DNA from: Candidatus Woesearchaeota archaeon | Lineage (GTDB): Archaea; Nanobdellota; Nanobdellia; Woesearchaeales; JACPBO01 | DNA: 64,000 nt | Reading direction: 5' to 3' | Assembly: GCA_016180285.1 (NCBI GenBank) | Contig: JACPBO010000005.1 | Location: 48,189 to 112,188 of the forward strand | Part shown: piece after piece, positions 27,706-37,048 of the stretch | How the letters are laid out: each line of letters starts with the position of its first letter | Position numbering within the stretch: position 1 is the first letter of the stretch | Notes under the pieces: model-generated | Databases searched by the model: none | Seen by the model: the letters and a program-made list of their open reading frames with translations, nothing else | What the model was told of the DNA's origin: nothing | Position numbers and translations under genes: made by a program

Positions 27706-28494
27706 ATGCAATTAACATTGAACATTAAAAAATCAATAGAGCAGAATGCCGGGCATTATTTTGAAAAGGCAAAAAAAGCGAGAAAGAAAATAAAAGGGGC
27801 AGAAGAAGCCATATCAATGGCAAATGCAAAACTGGAGAAATTAAAAAAAGAAGCTGAGAAAGAAGACAGGGAAAAAACAGTTATTGAAAGGAAAAAAGAA
27901 TGGTATGAAAAATTCAGATGGTTTGTAAGCTCTGATGATTTTCTTTGTATAGGCGGCAGGGATGCTACGACGAATGACATCCTTGTAAAGAAGCATTTGG
28001 ATAAAGATGATCTTGTTTTCCATACAGAAATGCCTGGCTCCCCGTTTGTTATTATAAAAGCAGACGGCAAAGAGATCGGAGAAAATACGAAAAAAGAGGC
28101 AGCGCAGTTTACAGCTGCTAACTCCAGAGCATGGAATACGAGCCTTGTTTCTGTTGAAGCGTATTATATCAATTCAGGCCAGGTCTCTTTGGAAACTCCA
28201 AGCGGCGAGTATATGGGGAAGGGCTCATTCATGATATACGGCAAAAAGAACTTCGTAAGCTCTTTGCTGAAGATGTCTATCGGCATAATGAAAGACGGCA
28301 GAATAATGGCTGCCCCTGAAGAGGCTGCGAAGAAGCACTGCATTGCATATGTGAACATAAAACAGGGCAGTGTTAAAAAAAGCGACTGCGCAAAGAAAGT
28401 AAAGAAGATCCTTGAGGATAAATCAAAGATCAGGATAAGCCTTGATGATGTTATGGCAGCGATGCCGCCTGGTGACTGCGAGGTTGAGAAATGA
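27706..28494 (+). CDS. NFACT-R (DUF814) domain RNA-binding protein
   Basis: WFVSSDDFLCIGGRDATTNDILVKKHL...DLVFHTEMPGSPFVIIK is the NFACT-R core. Confidence 0.6.
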   Translation: MQLTLNIKKSIEQNAGHYFEKAKKARKKIKGAEEAISMANAKLEKLKKEAEKEDREKTVIERKKEWYEKFRWFVSSDDFLCIGGRDATTNDILVKKHLDKDDLVFHTEMPGSPFVIIKADGKEIGENTKKEAAQFTAANSRAWNTSLVSVEAYYINSGQVSLETPSGEYMGKGSFMIYGKKNFVSSLLKMSIGIMKDGRIMAAPEEAAKKHCIAYVNIKQGSVKKSDCAKKVKKILEDKSKIRISLDDVMAAMPPGDCEVEK

Positions 28495-28509
28495 TGTGGG
28501 AAGCAATAG

Positions 28510-28914
28510 TTATTCGCAATTTGATCTTGGGCCTAAACGAGATTCCAAAGAAGTCATAACTTGATTAATTAGATGATTGGCTGCATTGATGTCTTCCGTT
28601 CGAGTTAATCCTTTATTTTTCTTTAGGTGTAAAATATAACCTATAACTAGTTGATGATATTGTTGAACTAAATCATCAGATAATAGCCCTCTTTCTTCAA
28701 GTGCACTTAGCCTTAAACTTAAATTTCCCCACCACCCCACTCTCACCTTGTATTTGTTATTGGGGCTTGCACTATGAATAATTTCTTGCGGCATTTCATC
28801 AGAATATTCGTCTCTTAAACATCTAAGAGCACAATATTGTTTAGCCATGATTTCCATATCATTTAATGGCTTAGACTCTTCAATTCTTCCATCCGGCCAA
28901 AATATTTTTGTCAT
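28510..28914 (-). CDS. hypothetical protein
   Basis: A 134-aa ORF with no motif. Confidence 0.3.
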   Translation of the reverse strand: MTKIFWPDGRIEESKPLNDMEIMAKQYCALRCLRDEYSDEMPQEIIHSASPNNKYKVRVGWWGNLSLRLSALEERGLLSDDLVQQYHQLVIGYILHLKKNKGLTRTEDINAANHLINQVMTSLESRLGPRSNCE

Positions 28915-29100
28915 AACAAATTAAGAATGATTACTGATTTATAAATTTAATTACGATCCTAACTCAAAATCTCTTCAGCCTTTGGCTTCGTCAATTGACC
29001 TCACGTTGTAAGGTCAATGAGTTCAACAGGCATGCCGTACGCTTAATTCTTCTTAACCACCGCAAAAATTAAATACTAGAACTCTAAAGTAGTAGCTGTC

Positions 29101-29817
29101 ATGGGACTCACGCTTGATCAGGTTCATAAAGTGAATGAGCTGGCAAAGACCATCAAGAATACGGGCTTTGCTGTAAACATGGAAGAGGCTGCCAGAGTAG
29201 CAGAAAATATATTGTTTGGATCCGGGCTTGAAAAAAGGGAAGAAGCGCCGAAAGCAGAGTTGAGGATAAATGAGCCTGTAAAAGATGAGATTAGTAAAAT
29301 AAAATGGGTTGAAGATAAGGAAAAAGAGCCTGTGGAAAAAATAAGGGTGATTAAAGAAACGCCTCAATTTCCTGAAGCAGCAGAAGAGCCGGTTCCTGTA
29401 GAAGAGATTGAGCCTCTCAAGGAGGAGCAGGAAACGCTTTCTAATTTTGAGGATTTTGACATATCCAAAGAAAAAGAAAAAACATTGAAGGAATTATTTG
29501 AGGAAAGCGGCGAAAAATTTGAAGAGCCGGAAGTTGCAGAAGAAGCAGAGGCTGAGAAAACAGAAGAAGCTGCAGCAGAAGAAGCAAGCGAAGAGCAAGA
29601 AGCAGAAGAAACGCAGACTGATGAATCAACTGAAGAGCCGCAGGAAGAAATCAGCGAAGAAGAGCAAGCTGAAGAAACAGATGCTGAAGAAGAGCAGTAT
29701 GAGCCAGAAGAAGAGAAGGAAACTGATGAAGTTGCTGAAGAAAAGCCTGATGAAGAAATAACAGAAGCCGATAAGGAAGAAAAGCAATCAGAAAACGAAA
29801 ATTATGAAGAACAATAA
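29101..29817 (+). CDS. Highly acidic (Glu-rich) protein, unknown
   Basis: Structured N-terminal 60 aa, then an extended E/A/K low-complexity tail. Confidence 0.35.
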   Translation: MGLTLDQVHKVNELAKTIKNTGFAVNMEEAARVAENILFGSGLEKREEAPKAELRINEPVKDEISKIKWVEDKEKEPVEKIRVIKETPQFPEAAEEPVPVEEIEPLKEEQETLSNFEDFDISKEKEKTLKELFEESGEKFEEPEVAEEAEAEKTEEAAAEEASEEQEAEETQTDESTEEPQEEISEEEQAEETDAEEEQYEPEEEKETDEVAEEKPDEEITEADKEEKQSENENYEEQ

Positions 29818-29854
29818 ATGCGATCGCTATTATATTCATCTGTCAAATGCCCAG

Positions 29855-30259
29855 TTAAATCAATTCAAATAATTTTCTTAAGCTGTCATTTGGCAAATTA
29901 TTAAGCGAAAGAAGTTTTTCCTTTTCCAGCCAATAATAGTTAAGAATATTTTCATCTGCTGGATTTTTTGTTAAATCAATATTCGTATTTTTTGCTTTAC
30001 AAATAAATGTATTGCAAATAACTTGCCCATCATCAGACTCCCTAAAAAACCACCAGACGCCTATGGGCTTAATAATTTCTATATCAAGAAAAACTTCTTC
30101 CTTTACTTCCCGAATCAATGCATCATGAGGCGACTCGCCATATTCTACTTTTCCGCCAGGCAAATCAAAATATTTCTTATTATTGAATTTTGCTTCGATT
30201 ATTAAGAACTTGCCATCTTTTTCTATTAGTGCTTTAACGGCTGCATATACATTTGCCAT
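29855..30259 (-). CDS. NUDIX hydrolase
   Basis: Nudix box GGKVEYGESPHDALIREVKEEVF. Start taken at MANVYAAV. Confidence 0.8.
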   Translation of the reverse strand: MANVYAAVKALIEKDGKFLIIEAKFNNKKYFDLPGGKVEYGESPHDALIREVKEEVFLDIEIIKPIGVWWFFRESDDGQVICNTFICKAKNTNIDLTKNPADENILNYYWLEKEKLLSLNNLPNDSLRKLFELI

Positions 30260-30553
30260 GTTATTAAAAAAATATTCCAATATATAAATCTTAGGGCATT
30301 TTAAAAAATTGAACGCATAGCATGCTCGGCCAATAAATATATTGCACAACATATATTTTCAAAAACAACAATCTTTATATATGGATTGTTACTATTCTCG
30401 AATTAATACTTTATAGATATAGATATTCAACAATATATGTGGGGGTAGCTAAAATGAATAAAAGTTTTTTGCCTATACCAGACTGTAACAGGCACAATAA
30501 ACTTCACCAATAATCATACTGCAACTAATTTCAGCATCGTACTGCCGACATCA

Positions 30554-32965
30554 TTGGGTTTGGCAGGATCAAGGACCAGCAATAACGTAACAGTCTCCTA
30601 TAATATGTCCTCAAATTTTTCCATTGGCAGCGGACAATATTTTAATGTCTCATATAGCTTCACCATGCCAAGCGATGCCTTTAATGAATCTTATTTAGGA
30701 ACATTGACATTTTTAACCAATTCTTCCGGAAATTATTCTGTTTTGTCCATAAACGTAACTGTGAATGGATCGCCTATTTTGTCAGTTCCGGCAGCCACAC
30801 TTCAGCTGATAGCAGGAACTACAAATTCCACATCAATCAATATTACAAATACAGGAAATACCGATGTCAATGATATAACATTATCCATAGGCGGAATTTC
30901 GGGAGTTGGAGCGAATTTAACAGCAGCATTAAGCTCAAGCTCATTCGCAATTTCGTATAAGAGCAGCAAAATAGTCAACATAACGATATCTGCTCCGCTG
31001 AACCAGGCAGTTGGCGCTTATTCAGGGCAAATCAGCGCAGGCTACAGAAATGCAGAGAAATCAGCTAATGCAACATTAAGCGTTATTGTTTTATCAGCCA
31101 GCCGCGCATTGACTGCAACAGCAGCATCTGCAACATGGGTCAGGAATATATCAACAACTGCAGCTGCAAACACAACAATAACAAATACAGGAAATCTGAA
31201 TATAAGCGACATAACTGTCAGTGTGCCTGATCTTTATAACGGCATTTACATGCTTGCAAAATCAAATATCGCAGCAAGCTCCAGCTCGATAACTAATTTA
31301 ATGCCCGGCCAGAATGCAAATATTACATTTACATTAACAGGCGTCACATCAAGTTTGCCTAACGGCGCTTATACCGGAACAATTAATGTAACATCTGTAA
31401 CTGCAAATCAAACAGCGGCATTTACACTGACAATAAGAAACCCAATTTATTCGCTAAGCGCGCCAAGCACAGCAACATTCCCGGCAACAGCAAGAAATGC
31501 AAGCAGCTCAACTTCATTCACAATAACAAATGACGGGGATTTTGCAATAACAGATCTCAATGTTACAACGGGCGCATCAAGCGCATATAATGTTACATTT
31601 TCAGGCTACAGCACAAGCTTAACTATCGGAGGAAGCACAACAGTAACTGTTAATGGATTCATTCCGCTGTCAGAGGACTCCGGATCGCATTCAATCGGAA
31701 CAATATATATAAGAAGCGCTCAAACAAATGCAACAAATTCAGCGCTTTATGTTGCTCCTGAAAGCAAACTTGAAATAACCAGAGCGGCGTTATTGGTTGA
31801 CGGAAGCGAGGACAGCGTTTCAAACGGCGAAACCGGAAGCGATGATATGCAGCCGGGTTCAACATTAAAAGTAGAAGTCGAGGTTAAGAATACATTCACA
31901 AGCTCAGAAGATATAAAGCTTAAAGATGTCTTTATCAGGGTAACAGCCAATAATATCAATGATGATGAAGATGAAAAAAAAGAAACCAGCACATTCAGCT
32001 TAAGCGCAAGCAGGAAAAGCGGCACAAAGACCCTTGATTTCGGCAAGGTTTCTAATGAGCTTGGTGAAGGCACTTATGCCATAAACATTTATGCAGAAGG
32101 TGATGATGAGCATGGCGCAACACACACAGCAGAATGGACTGTTTATGTTGAGCTGGACAAGGAAGAGCACGATATAAGGATTTATACTATTGAAGGCGAA
32201 ACAAATCTCTCATGCAATAGGAAAACAACAATCACGCCTCACATCTATAATTTCGGATCCTCTTTTGAAGATGAAGCAGAGTTTGCAATAGTCAACACAC
32301 AGCTTGGCCTGAGCTCAAGGGAAAGATTCGAGCTTGACAATGATTTGGGGGACAGCGACAGCAGATTCAGCAAGGACTATGATATTGATGCAGCTAACTT
32401 AAGCACGGGAACATACGCGATAAAGATGTACGCTTACCATGACGGCGACGATCTTGATGATGAAAGAACAATAAACATTGTTGTCAAGGACTGCTCAACT
32501 ACAACAACAGGCGGACAGAGCTACAGCATTGACTTTGCAACAACAAGCGGAAAGGTGCTTACATTAAAGAACAATGACGTTATAGCATTTAGCCTGCTTA
32601 ACGAAGCCCATACGATAACAATAAATAATGTCGGGGCAACAAGCGTTACATTAACAATATCATCTACGCCAGTTACATTGTCATTGAGTGCAGGAGAAAC
32701 CAGAAACATTGACCTAAATGGAGACGGAATAAGCGACATTGCAGTTACACTGCACAGCATAACAAGCGGCCAGGCGCTGATAACAACAACGAAGCTGGCT
32801 GCAGGCGCTGCAACAACAGGAACAGCCACAACAGCTGGCGAAGAAGATGTAACAGTCGAAAAGCCATTCACAGAAACAGCAGCATTCATAATCATTCTGA
32901 TAGGCGCAATAGTGATAGTGGCGCTGCTGATCATCGTGCTGATGGTCTATCTGATGAAGAAATGA
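30554..32965 (+). CDS. Large N-glycosylation-sequon-rich surface (S-layer-like) protein with C-terminal transmembrane anchor; N-terminus uncertain
   Basis: Dozens of N-x-S/T sequons, Thr/Ser-rich repeats and the C-terminal transmembrane segment AAFIIILIGAIVIVALLIIVLMVYL. The annotated start is TTG, and the open frame continues upstream to a TGA at 30455 with equally sequon-rich sequence. Confidence 0.5.
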   Translation: MGLAGSRTSNNVTVSYNMSSNFSIGSGQYFNVSYSFTMPSDAFNESYLGTLTFLTNSSGNYSVLSINVTVNGSPILSVPAATLQLIAGTTNSTSINITNTGNTDVNDITLSIGGISGVGANLTAALSSSSFAISYKSSKIVNITISAPLNQAVGAYSGQISAGYRNAEKSANATLSVIVLSASRALTATAASATWVRNISTTAAANTTITNTGNLNISDITVSVPDLYNGIYMLAKSNIAASSSSITNLMPGQNANITFTLTGVTSSLPNGAYTGTINVTSVTANQTAAFTLTIRNPIYSLSAPSTATFPATARNASSSTSFTITNDGDFAITDLNVTTGASSAYNVTFSGYSTSLTIGGSTTVTVNGFIPLSEDSGSHSIGTIYIRSAQTNATNSALYVAPESKLEITRAALLVDGSEDSVSNGETGSDDMQPGSTLKVEVEVKNTFTSSEDIKLKDVFIRVTANNINDDEDEKKETSTFSLSASRKSGTKTLDFGKVSNELGEGTYAINIYAEGDDEHGATHTAEWTVYVELDKEEHDIRIYTIEGETNLSCNRKTTITPHIYNFGSSFEDEAEFAIVNTQLGLSSRERFELDNDLGDSDSRFSKDYDIDAANLSTGTYAIKMYAYHDGDDLDDERTINIVVKDCSTTTTGGQSYSIDFATTSGKVLTLKNNDVIAFSLLNEAHTITINNVGATSVTLTISSTPVTLSLSAGETRNIDLNGDGISDIAVTLHSITSGQALITTTKLAAGAATTGTATTAGEEDVTVEKPFTETAAFIIILIGAIVIVALLIIVLMVYLMKK

Positions 32966-33030
32966 TTAATAATAGCATTTTTTATTTTTTTAATCTATTG
33001 CAAATAAATATAATGAAATAGGGGCATAAA

Positions 33031-33489
33031 ATGAATCATCCAAGATTTAATAATATTTTAAAAGGCTATAAATGTACAAGAATAGATATTATTGCAGAAA
33101 AGTCAGCCAACAATATAGGAGAGATTAAGTTTAAACTAACTGGCAGGTACAGCATTATGGCTGATGAACAGCACAGAACAGCCTACAAGCTAGATTGTGA
33201 AATATTAAATGCGGAGCAAATTAAAAAAGATAAAGACGGAATAGATCCATCAATACGTTACCTTTTGTCTGTGGTTTTTGCAGAGTACTTAAAGGGTGAG
33301 GGCGAAGCTGCTGTAGATGGGCGAAGCCGGTTTAAAAAACTCAGAATTGACAATATATCCTCTAAAGAAAGACAGCAAAAACCTAGAAATTTAGCTTATA
33401 AAATCGCCGAGTATTCTAAGAAAATTGGCGAATTGGATGTTACTGTAAAGGGAAGCATAAGCTATCAAATTCCTGAATTTCTGAGATGA
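33031..33489 (+). CDS. hypothetical protein
   Basis: A 152-aa protein with no motif. Confidence 0.3.
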   Translation: MNHPRFNNILKGYKCTRIDIIAEKSANNIGEIKFKLTGRYSIMADEQHRTAYKLDCEILNAEQIKKDKDGIDPSIRYLLSVVFAEYLKGEGEAAVDGRSRFKKLRIDNISSKERQQKPRNLAYKIAEYSKKIGELDVTVKGSISYQIPEFLR

Positions 33490-33520
33490 AAGGCGCATTA
33501 TGTATTTTCATTAGAACAAT

Positions 33521-34330
33521 TTATCTTTCCCTTCTCTCAATAAACTTCTTCATCACATCAACGTATTCCTGCGCATCCTTGAAGTAGCGGTCGTACTGCT
33601 GGCCTGTTATTTCCTTTATCTCGCGGTGCATTATCCTCTTCGCCAGCTCATAGAAATTCTTCATCAGAAGAACGTATTTCTTGTTAAGCAGGCCTTTTTT
33701 GGCCATCTTTTCATCGAGAAGATCAGCCACATGCCCTGGTGAAGGAGGAATTTCGCCAATGGACATCAATGCAGCATGGCTTGAGTCAATAACTGCCCAA
33801 TACAAGTCAAGAGCTGCCTGCATTATATGCCATTTTGAGTTGTGCAGAGTTTGAGGCGATCTTGAATAATACACCCATATTGACTCCAGGCTGGGCCTTA
33901 TCCTGCCCTGATAAAGCATTATTTGCATTGGATCGAAGAAGCCTGTGTCTATCAATGAAACCCCATCTCTCAAGATGTTTATGCCTATAGGATCGCCTGC
34001 TCTTATATATTCCCAGAAGCTTGTAAACCGTAATGTTGTAATGTGCAGCTTTGTGGAAACATCTGAAACAATCTTCTCAGTTATTATCCTGTAAGTGTCT
34101 GTCAGCTCCGGCGATATTACAACATTCACATCATCAACAATCATTAAAACATCAACATCTGCCTTTGCTTCGCCCTCTTTTCTTGCAGAGCTGCCGAAAA
34201 GGATGATGGCTTTTACAAAAGACCCAAATTCCTTGTATGCTCTTTTTGCAAATTCAGCTGATAATTCATACTCCTCTTTAGAATACTTTGATTTGTTAGG
34301 ATTTGCCCTCTTTTTTATGTCAAACTTCAT
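33521..34330 (-). CDS. Fused minimal nucleotidyltransferase plus HEPN-like domain protein (KNTase-like)
   Basis: LFGSSARKEGEAKADVDVLMIVDD (GS...D.D polymerase-beta-type NTase motif). The C-terminal helical domain carries AKRIMHREI, an R-x-H HEPN-like motif. Confidence 0.55.
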   Translation of the reverse strand: MKFDIKKRANPNKSKYSKEEYELSAEFAKRAYKEFGSFVKAIILFGSSARKEGEAKADVDVLMIVDDVNVVISPELTDTYRIITEKIVSDVSTKLHITTLRFTSFWEYIRAGDPIGINILRDGVSLIDTGFFDPMQIMLYQGRIRPSLESIWVYYSRSPQTLHNSKWHIMQAALDLYWAVIDSSHAALMSIGEIPPSPGHVADLLDEKMAKKGLLNKKYVLLMKNFYELAKRIMHREIKEITGQQYDRYFKDAQEYVDVMKKFIERRER

Positions 34331-34419
34331 TGATCCACCCTTTTCTTACTACTCTACTTTGGAATAATGACGTTAGTTTAGCGGATAGTTTATTAAGTTT
34401 GTTAATCATTTCAGAATGG

Positions 34420-34956
34420 TTAATTTCTTGTGTAATCTATCACGGGCATCTGCCCAACCCAAATTATTCTTGCCTTTTTTAAAAATCTTGGCGTGAAGAT
34501 CTGGTTATAAACAAATAATCTGCCTTTTAACTCTTTTAATAACTTATCCTCCAATCCTAGATGGAATCCTTTGTCTGGGTTTATGAACAAAACATCGTAT
34601 TTTGAAAAATCCTCTTCAAAAAAATCCTTTTTCATGAATTTTGCATTTTTTATTTTTAGTTTATTTTTTATTTCATTTGAAACTTTTATCAGCTCATCAT
34701 CAATCTCTATTCCGGCTGCATTAATGCCGAACAATGCTGCTGTTAAAACAGCCCTTCCATCGCCGCTTCCAATGTCAAGGAATGTTTTGTATTTTTCCAG
34801 CCCCATTTTAATAAAAAGGTTGACTAAATCCTCGCACGGCGTGATGCCCCAGATTCCCTTTTCTGTATCCTTGTAAAGAAGCTTTCCCTGCCTTAAGAGC
34901 AAGTTTCCATAAGCATCATAGGCTTTTTTCAGTTCGCTGTATTTTTCCAGATCCAT
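34420..34956 (-). CDS. Small class I SAM-dependent methyltransferase
   Basis: FLDIGSGDGRAVLTAALFG (motif I) and DVLFINP. Confidence 0.55.
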   Translation of the reverse strand: MDLEKYSELKKAYDAYGNLLLRQGKLLYKDTEKGIWGITPCEDLVNLFIKMGLEKYKTFLDIGSGDGRAVLTAALFGINAAGIEIDDELIKVSNEIKNKLKIKNAKFMKKDFFEEDFSKYDVLFINPDKGFHLGLEDKLLKELKGRLFVYNQIFTPRFLKKARIIWVGQMPVIDYTRN

Positions 34957-34998
34957 GTTAACCTAAGCGGTTTACGCTTATTATGTATTTAAAGGTTA

Positions 34999-35697
34999 TC
35001 AATCAGAATTTATTATTTTGTTCAATCCACTGTAATCCCTTCCTATGCTTACTGCGAAATGTTCATTTACTTTTTTTGGCGAGCTTGCAACATAGATTGT
35101 CAGAGGCGAGTTCTCATTGCCATTCAAAGCTATTACTGTTTCTTCACCCTCATTTGAATCATCGATAAAGACGCTTTGCTCTTTGCCAAGCATTGTTTTC
35201 AAAAAAGGCGACTCCTTTTTTTCAAGATGATGGTATTTGCCAAAGCCAAGATGGTTTGCAAATGGCCTTGCTATTTCCTCTATCGTCCTTGTAACCATTA
35301 TCTTTTCAGTTGTTTCAGGCAATGAGTTGAAAAATTCCTGAACGCCAGGATAAAATAGAAAATCGAATTTTTGCGAGTTTACAAAATGCCTGAACTTATG
35401 CCCGAATCTTTCATGATATTCAAACCACATTTCTGAGACAGCTTTTTTCGGCTGGAATATGCATTTGAAAATTGCTTTGGCAATCCAGGAGTAATGCTCT
35501 GGCTCCAGATAGCCTTCTTCCATGAACCTGCTTACAGCAAGATTGAATGTAGGGGAATGAATAAGCGTGTCATCAAGGTCTGAGACTAGATGCCTTGAAT
35601 TTCTTATTTTTTCTTTTACATCTTTTTTGCTTAGCTTCGATAAGACAAAGCTGCGGTTATTCGCTTTTGTTGGCTTTACTAGATAGTCGAGCTGCAT
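34999..35697 (-). CDS. HAD-superfamily hydrolase-like protein
   Basis: VSDLDDTL (DxDxT motif I) and a C-terminal IDDS. Confidence 0.5.
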   Translation of the reverse strand: MQLDYLVKPTKANNRSFVLSKLSKKDVKEKIRNSRHLVSDLDDTLIHSPTFNLAVSRFMEEGYLEPEHYSWIAKAIFKCIFQPKKAVSEMWFEYHERFGHKFRHFVNSQKFDFLFYPGVQEFFNSLPETTEKIMVTRTIEEIARPFANHLGFGKYHHLEKKESPFLKTMLGKEQSVFIDDSNEGEETVIALNGNENSPLTIYVASSPKKVNEHFAVSIGRDYSGLNKIINSD

Positions 35698-35734
35698 TTT
35701 TGATAGGAGATGTCATCAGTATATAAATTTTTAT

Positions 35735-35795
35735 GTCAAAAACCACCCATCATAGATGGGTGGCATGTAGCTACGTTCCATCGCATCAGGTGGTT
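35735..35795. repeat. Intergenic repeat copy A (about 61 nt) containing the palindrome CCACCCATC-ATA-GATGGGTGG
   Basis: About 85% identical to the reverse complement of copy B at 41575..41636. The shared flanks are gtcaaaaacc and caggtggtt. Confidence 0.6.
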
Positions 35796-35933
35796 AATTG
35801 GAAATGTTCACATTTCCAATTTGCTCAAAAATGCAAGCATTTTTGACATTTGAGCATGCTCAGAATTTTCCACATACAAAAAAGGTTGGCTTTCTGCTAC
35901 CAGTCAAAGACTGGATGGAAAATTCTGACATTT

Positions 35934-36386
35934 TTAAACAAGCGAATATTTATTGACATTTCTCCACTTAACAAATTCTCTTTGCTTTTTAGGAACATGG
36001 ACTATATTGTAATTTTCATCGACAACCTCAGGATCAAAAAGCGTTCTTCCATGGTCATCTATTAGAGGAAGCTTAATTAAAACTTTACACCTATTAGAAA
36101 GAAGAAGCCTTTGCATTTCTTCCTCAGGGATTTTAAAATTTGAAATATATGCAATGCTGTACTTTAGCTTTTCTCTTTCATTTTTTATTCTTTTTATTTG
36201 CATTTCAGACCTTTTTTTAGATCTTAAATAACGTAAAACAGTATAATGGTCAGTAACGTATTTGTCATAGTTAGTTGATCCAGACAGGCTGCATTCCTGA
36301 TGTGTCAGAAAACAACGAAAATGAGGCGTCCTTTCAAATTCCTTGACTAATTTCTCATATTTTGGCGTGAACAGCTCTTCTAGCAT
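35934..36386 (-). CDS. hypothetical protein (start taken at MLEELFTPKYEK)
   Basis: The ORF-track start is TTG, so the in-frame ATG at 36386 is preferred. No motif. Confidence 0.3.
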   Translation of the reverse strand: MLEELFTPKYEKLVKEFERTPHFRCFLTHQECSLSGSTNYDKYVTDHYTVLRYLRSKKRSEMQIKRIKNEREKLKYSIAYISNFKIPEEEMQRLLLSNRCKVLIKLPLIDDHGRTLFDPEVVDENYNIVHVPKKQREFVKWRNVNKYSLV

Positions 36387-36680
36387 TTTTTCTCGTTTAT
36401 TAAAAAAAGCGCCTAAGGGCAAACACGGGGGTGCTTTAAGAAAGAACCCTCAGGCGGCTTTATTTGTTTTCATCGTGATAAAGCGATATTTGCCTACAAT
36501 ATACCAAGCAGAACTAGTATTTAAATCTTTCGATTGTTTTACCACTAAAAAGTAACAAGATAAATATAATAATCGCAAATGACGAGCTTATTTCTTGCCT
36601 TTCTTTCCGCCACAACCGCATGATCCGCACATTTTGTTTGCCTCCAGGCTAATAAAATGATGCATATTTATATAATTAAC

Positions 36681-36959
36681 TCAAATTAAAGTAAGATAAT
36701 ACCATGTCTGTTTTGCTTTCTCCAAATTAAGTTTTCCTTCAAGGATTATCTTATTTTCCGCATTCACTGCTTCTTCTTCCGACATCGTTGACATATTCGG
36801 AAAGGGGGACCCTGCCCCAATATCCCTTTTTACTCCACGCATTGTCTTATATCTATCTAATACTTCTATCATATCATCTGCAAAAATGCATGCTATTGCA
36901 GCATTACAAGAGCAGCCATTGTGTCCTCTATAAACCTCGACCTTATACCATTGCCCCAT
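36681..36959 (-). CDS. hypothetical small protein with CSCNAAIAC motif
   Basis: A 92-aa protein. Confidence 0.3.
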   Translation of the reverse strand: MGQWYKVEVYRGHNGCSCNAAIACIFADDMIEVLDRYKTMRGVKRDIGAGSPFPNMSTMSEEEAVNAENKIILEGKLNLEKAKQTWYYLTLI

Positions 36960-37048
36960 TTTTTACTAAAATAATGGATAATTTATAAACTTTTGGTGAG
37001 CAAGTTTATCTAGTAACCTTTTTATATGAAAACAAATTCTTTCATGAT

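Noticed and set aside
28915-29100. Hairpin ATTGACCT-cacgttgta-AGGTCAAT plus a GAGTTCAACAGG stretch, considered as a tRNA or an att-site remnant
   Set aside because: I could not fold a cloverleaf on either strand. There is no acceptor/T-arm complementarity and no CCA context. It is probably just an intergenic terminator-like hairpin.
29498-29761. Lys-rich 87-aa ORF in an alternate frame of the acidic protein gene
   Set aside because: It is a frame-shifted reading of a GAA/GAG-rich coding region (AAG/AAA-rich). The Glu-rich frame has a structured N-terminus and is preferred.
36577-36654. Tiny minus-strand ORF MHHFISLEANKMCGSCGCGGKKGKK
   Set aside because: It is only 25 aa and lies in an intergenic region. 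The Cys cluster is intriguing, but the ORF is too short and unsupported to call as a gene without comparative evidence.
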